A stretch of 10,723 nucleotides of DNA from Chthoniobacteraceae bacterium (GTDB lineage Bacteria; Verrucomicrobiota; Verrucomicrobiia; Chthoniobacterales; Chthoniobacteraceae), in assembly GCA_031409335.1 (NCBI GenBank), contig JANNWY010000167.1:1-10723 (forward strand). Reading direction: 5' to 3'. The notes below the pieces were generated by a model. The model ran no database searches and was not told the origin of the DNA. It worked only from the letters and a program-made list of their open reading frames with translations. This document shows positions 7,472-10,723 of this stretch, one piece after another. The translations under genes were made by a program, and so were the position numbers. Each line of letters starts with the position of its first letter. The stretch's first letter is position 1.

Positions 7472-8653
7472 ATGGCTAAAAAACCTCTCAATATCGGCAT
7501 CGTCGGCTACGGCTTCATGGGCCGCACTCACGCGAATGCGTATCACAACGCGGCGAAGTTTTTCGATACGCCGCTCGTTCCTGTCCTGAAAGCGGCGTGC
7601 GGTCGCGATGCGGGGAAGCTCAAGGCTTATGCGGATAACTGGGGGTTTGAATCGACGGAGGCGGATTGGAAAAAGCTGGTGGCGCGGAAGGACATCGATG
7701 CGATCGACATCGTGACGCCGAATGATTCGCACGCTGAGATCGCGATCGCGGCGGCGCGGGCGGGGAAGATGGTGCTTTGTGAAAAGCCGCTGGCTCTGAC
7801 GGGGTCGCAGGGGGAAAAGATGGTGACTGAGATCGAGAAGGCGGGCGTGGTGAATACTGTTTGGTACAACTACCGCCGCATCCCGGCGGTGACGCTGGCG
7901 AAGCAAATCATCGACTCGGGAAAGCTCGGGCAGATTTTTCACTATCGCGCGAATTTCCTCCAGGACTGGACGATCAGCGCGGACTTGCCGCAGGGCGGCG
8001 CGGGCTTGTGGCGGCTTGATGCGAAGGCGGCGGGCAGCGGGGTGACGGGCGATCTGCTCGCGCATTGCATCGACACGGCGATCTGGCTGAACGGGCGGCT
8101 CACCGATGTGAGCGCGATGACGGAAACCTTCATCAAAAAGCGCAAGCACACGCTCACCGGAAAGGTCGAGGACGTGAAGATCGACGACGCGGCGATCTTC
8201 CACGGGCACTTCGCGAATGGCTCGCTGGCGCTGTTTGAATCGACGCGCTACGCCCGCGGGCACAAGGCGCTTTACACGCTGGAGATCAATGGCGCGAATG
8301 CGTCGATCCGCTGGGATCTGCACGACTTGCACCGGCTGCAATATTTCGATCACAGCGACGAGGGGATCGTGCGCGGGTGGCGCAGCGTGCATGTGACGGA
8401 CAGCGATCAGCCTTACATGAAAAACTGGTGGGTGCCGGGGCTGCAAATCGGTTACGCGGAATCGTTCACGCATCAGGTCGCCGACTTCCTGAAAGCGGCT
8501 GGCGCGGGCAAGCCGTGTCCGCCGACTTTCCGCGACGCGCTGGAGACGCAGTACGTCTGCGACGCGGTGCTGGAATCCGCGAAGAAGCGGAAGTGGGTGA
8601 ACGTGAAGAACGCTGCGAAGCTCGCGAAACCGGCGAAGAAAAAGCGCGGCTGA
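7472..8653 (+). CDS. Gfo/Idh/MocA family NAD(P)-dependent oxidoreductase
   Basis: 393 aa. Rossmann motif [17 protein letters not shown], family signature [16 protein letters not shown], and catalytic region [14 protein letters not shown]. Confidence 0.95.
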   Translation: MAKKPLNIGIVGYGFMGRTHANAYHNAAKFFDTPLVPVLKAACGRDAGKLKAYADNWGFESTEADWKKLVARKDIDAIDIVTPNDSHAEIAIAAARAGKMVLCEKPLALTGSQGEKMVTEIEKAGVVNTVWYNYRRIPAVTLAKQIIDSGKLGQIFHYRANFLQDWTISADLPQGGAGLWRLDAKAAGSGVTGDLLAHCIDTAIWLNGRLTDVSAMTETFIKKRKHTLTGKVEDVKIDDAAIFHGHFANGSLALFESTRYARGHKALYTLEINGANASIRWDLHDLHRLQYFDHSDEGIVRGWRSVHVTDSDQPYMKNWWVPGLQIGYAESFTHQVADFLKAAGAGKPCPPTFRDALETQYVCDAVLESAKKRKWVNVKNAAKLAKPAKKKRG

Positions 8654-8657
8654 TGCG

Positions 8658-9509
8658 ATGAAGTGGGTGGCGCTGGTGGTGATCGGGTTTGTGCTGGGCA
8701 TGGCCGTCGGCCACCTGCGCCAGCGCATCCCTCATTTCGAGTTGCCAACCATGCCGGCGCTGGCCTCGCTCCGCAGCGTGCTGCCGGGGGTCGCGCCGCG
8801 TTTGGGGAATGAGAATCCGACACTGCGCAGTGCGATCGAGCCAGTGTATGAGGTGCTGTTTGGCTCGCTCAATGATGGCAAGGCGGTCGCCGTCGCGCTC
8901 GATGAGACGGCGGAGATCGAGAAGATGATGACCCGCGTCGAGGCGAACGATGCAACCGAGGCCGCGCGCCGCGTCATGGCGATGATGAAAGCGGCGGTCA
9001 GTGAGACGGGTCGCTTCAGTAAATCGGCGGCGCAGCCCGTTTCGGACGCGCTTGGTGGTGAAAACGGGGCATCGGATTTTTTCGGCTCGGTGTTTGAAAA
9101 GCGGTGGCGCGCGAACATGGGCGCGCTCGCGACGAAGGCCGCGCCCGAGTGGCAGCGATTCGTGGATGTCGATGCGCTGACGCCGTGTCCGGAGAAATCG
9201 CAAATCGCGATCGCGACGCTGCTCGCCCAGCGGCGCTTGCGGGAGCTCGAGCGGACGGCGATTCGGATTGGCGGCACGGTGGTCGGATTGCTCGATGGCG
9301 GCGCGCTGGTGGAATTGCCGATGAACGTGGAAACGATTTTCGTCAGCGCATTCCCCGGTGCCGAGCTGGCCGTTCAAGTCAGCGTCATGGTCCATCCGGC
9401 CGGCACTCATCAGTATGCCACGCCCGAAGGCGCAAAGAAGACGGCGCGCAAATATCGCTTCTACCGCCACTCCGACAAAGCCGACGACGAGAGAGCCGCG
9501 CGGCAGTGA
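8658..9509 (+). CDS. Hypothetical membrane-anchored protein, possible C-terminal OB-fold-like domain
   Basis: 283 aa, starting 4 bp after the oxidoreductase stop. N-terminal hydrophobic segment MKWVALVVIGFVLGMAVG, an Ala/Glu-rich helical middle, and a beta-rich C-terminus (IRIGGTVVGLLDGGALV...GTHQYATPEGAKKTARKY). Codon style matches the upstream gene. Confidence 0.75.
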   Translation: MKWVALVVIGFVLGMAVGHLRQRIPHFELPTMPALASLRSVLPGVAPRLGNENPTLRSAIEPVYEVLFGSLNDGKAVAVALDETAEIEKMMTRVEANDATEAARRVMAMMKAAVSETGRFSKSAAQPVSDALGGENGASDFFGSVFEKRWRANMGALATKAAPEWQRFVDVDALTPCPEKSQIAIATLLAQRRLRELERTAIRIGGTVVGLLDGGALVELPMNVETIFVSAFPGAELAVQVSVMVHPAGTHQYATPEGAKKTARKYRFYRHSDKADDERAARQ

Positions 9510-9533
9510 CCGTGGCGGACCGCCCGCGCGATT

Positions 9534-10133
9534 TCAGCCGTGCAGTTTTTTCGTGATCGCAGCGACGTGCGCTCCTTGGAAACGCGCCTGCGCCAGTTCC
9601 ACCGGCGACGGTTTTCGCGATCCATCCGGCCCCGCGATCGTGCCCGCGCCGTACGGCGAGCCGCCTTTCACCTGGCTGATGTCCGCCAACTCCGGGCACG
9701 TGTAGGGCAGGCCGACATAGATCATGCCGTGATGCAGCAGCGTCGGGATGAACGTGAGGATCGTGCTCTCATTGCCGCCGCCCGTGCCGGTGCTGGTGAA
9801 GACGCTGGAGACTTTCCCGACGAGCGCGCCTTTCACCCAGAGGCCGCCGGTTTGATCGAGAAAATTGCGCATCTGCGCCGCCATGTTTCCAAAGCGCGTC
9901 GGCGTGCCGAAGATGACGGCGTCGTAGTCGGCAAGGTCCGCCGGCGCGGCGATGGGCGCGGCCTGATCCACCTTCGCGCCATGCTCGCGCGCCTTGTCTT
10001 CGGGGATCAAATCCGGGACGCGCTTGACGGTGACCTCGACACCTTCGACCGAGCGCGCGCCATCTGCGATGCAGCCAGCGAGCGTTTCGATGTGGCCATA
10101 CATGGAATAGTAGAGAACGAGGAGTTTGGGCAT
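9534..10133 (-). CDS. wrbA: NAD(P)H:quinone oxidoreductase type IV (WrbA flavodoxin-like)
   Basis: 199 aa with [60 protein letters not shown] and [17 protein letters not shown], all WrbA hallmarks. Confidence 0.97.
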   Translation of the reverse strand: MPKLLVLYYSMYGHIETLAGCIADGARSVEGVEVTVKRVPDLIPEDKAREHGAKVDQAAPIAAPADLADYDAVIFGTPTRFGNMAAQMRNFLDQTGGLWVKGALVGKVSSVFTSTGTGGGNESTILTFIPTLLHHGMIYVGLPYTCPELADISQVKGGSPYGAGTIAGPDGSRKPSPVELAQARFQGAHVAAITKKLHG

Positions 10134-10255
10134 GGTCGTGAGTGGTGATGTGGCGTTGAAAAGCTGACGCTAGACGAAACACCGCGCTGCGTGAAAGCAC
10201 GATGGCAAAGCAAGTTTCGAGTGGCGAAGCCGGTTTGGTTGAATTGATTGTCGGA

Positions 10256-10516
10256 ATGAAAACGTTTCTCGCAGTCCTCCTGGCCACCAGTTGCACGGCG
10301 GCGGCACTGGCCGGAAATGGCGACTCGGGCAAGCGCCTGCCGATCAAGACGGCCGTCGTCACCGGCACAAATATCGCGCGCCCCGTGAAACGAATCGGCA
10401 ACACCTACGACACCCCGCAAGCGATCCACGTCATTGACCGCGCCAGGATCGAGCAGAGCGGCGCGGGCAGTGTCGCGCAATTGCTCCGGCGCTATCCGGG
10501 GATCAGCATTCGCTGA
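10256..10516 (+). CDS. Small secreted protein with a TonB-box-like motif and the N-terminal half of a TonB-dependent receptor plug domain (no barrel)
   Basis: Preferred start ATG 10256 gives 86 aa: MKTFLAVLLATSCTAAALA (signal peptide), AVVTGTNI (TonB-box-like), DTPQAIHVIDRARIEQSGAGSVAQLLRRYPGISIR, then TGA. Confidence 0.75.
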   Translation: MKTFLAVLLATSCTAAALAGNGDSGKRLPIKTAVVTGTNIARPVKRIGNTYDTPQAIHVIDRARIEQSGAGSVAQLLRRYPGISIR

Positions 10517-10590
10517 TACCAAATCGCCATTGAGATCGAAACGCTTTGGAGTGGCCGCGCGCGAGGGGTGCGGCAAAGTAGTCAGCGACT

Positions 10591-10628
10591 TTAGTCGGCT
10601 AAACCGTGGCCACGTCTTGGACGACTAA
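10591..10628. promoter_or_regulatory. Dyad-symmetric site, candidate activator (enhancer-binding protein) site
   Basis: TTAGTCG (10591-10597) and CGACTAA (10622-10628) are inverted repeats that share their centre with the perfect palindrome CGTGGCCACG (10605-10614). Confidence 0.45.
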
Positions 10629-10672
10629 CCCGACTTGGCGGATTCGCGGGCAGTTGAAAATATTTTGCGGCG

Positions 10673-10685
10673 CAAGTCGTTGATT
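10673..10685 (-). promoter_or_regulatory. IHF-type binding site
   Basis: Minus strand AATCAACGACTTG is a perfect match to the IHF consensus WATCAANNNNTTR. It lies in non-coding DNA near the A/T palindrome AAAATATTTT (10657-10666). Confidence 0.6.
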
Positions 10686-10723
10686 TTCAGCACAGGCATC
10701 CTCGGAAAACAGCCAAAAGTGGC

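Noticed and set aside
9495..9534. GC-rich hairpin between the convergent hypothetical gene and wrbA as an intrinsic terminator
   Set aside because: Stems are short and imperfect, there is no clear U-tract, and such pairing is expected by chance at this GC content.
7451..10576. Long antisense or off-frame ORFs (7451..8728-, 8466..9470-, 9540..10148+, 9769..10404-, 10007..10576-)
   Set aside because: Mostly Arg/His-rich shadows overlapping better-supported genes.
10514..10594. TGA read-through or frameshift restoring a full TonB-dependent receptor
   Set aside because: The in-frame continuation stops again at 10594, and I see no plug or barrel motifs downstream.

Overview
Bacterial DNA whose gene content and protein style suggest Verrucomicrobiota (inference). 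It falls into two blocks. Left block (1-7015, minus strand): three co-oriented genes for predicted secreted SGNH esterases. These are a ~306-aa SASA/CE6-like O-acetylesterase, a 1653-aa multidomain surface protein (passenger-type repeat, two Ig-like repeats, DUF2341, LamG, SASA esterase, C-terminal DxDGDG tail) and a tandem GDSL-GDSL esterase that runs off the window edge and is missing from the ORF track. A perfect 26-bp inverted pair of REP-like palindromes separates the last two genes. Right block (7472-10723): a Gfo/Idh/MocA oxidoreductase, a membrane-anchored hypothetical protein, wrbA, a stand-alone 86-aa TonB-box/half-plug protein, and a probable sigma-54 promoter region (dyad site, consensus IHF site, TGGC at the edge). 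Between the blocks is a 28-codon stub resembling the start of an M24 peptidase. It stops abruptly at 7174, near a shift in codon preference, which suggests a rearrangement scar or a chimeric join. I cannot demonstrate a new biological system from this window. The best leads are the four-domain SGNH de-acetylation cluster, the barrel-less TonB plug protein and the junction. All family calls come from motif recognition, not database searches.
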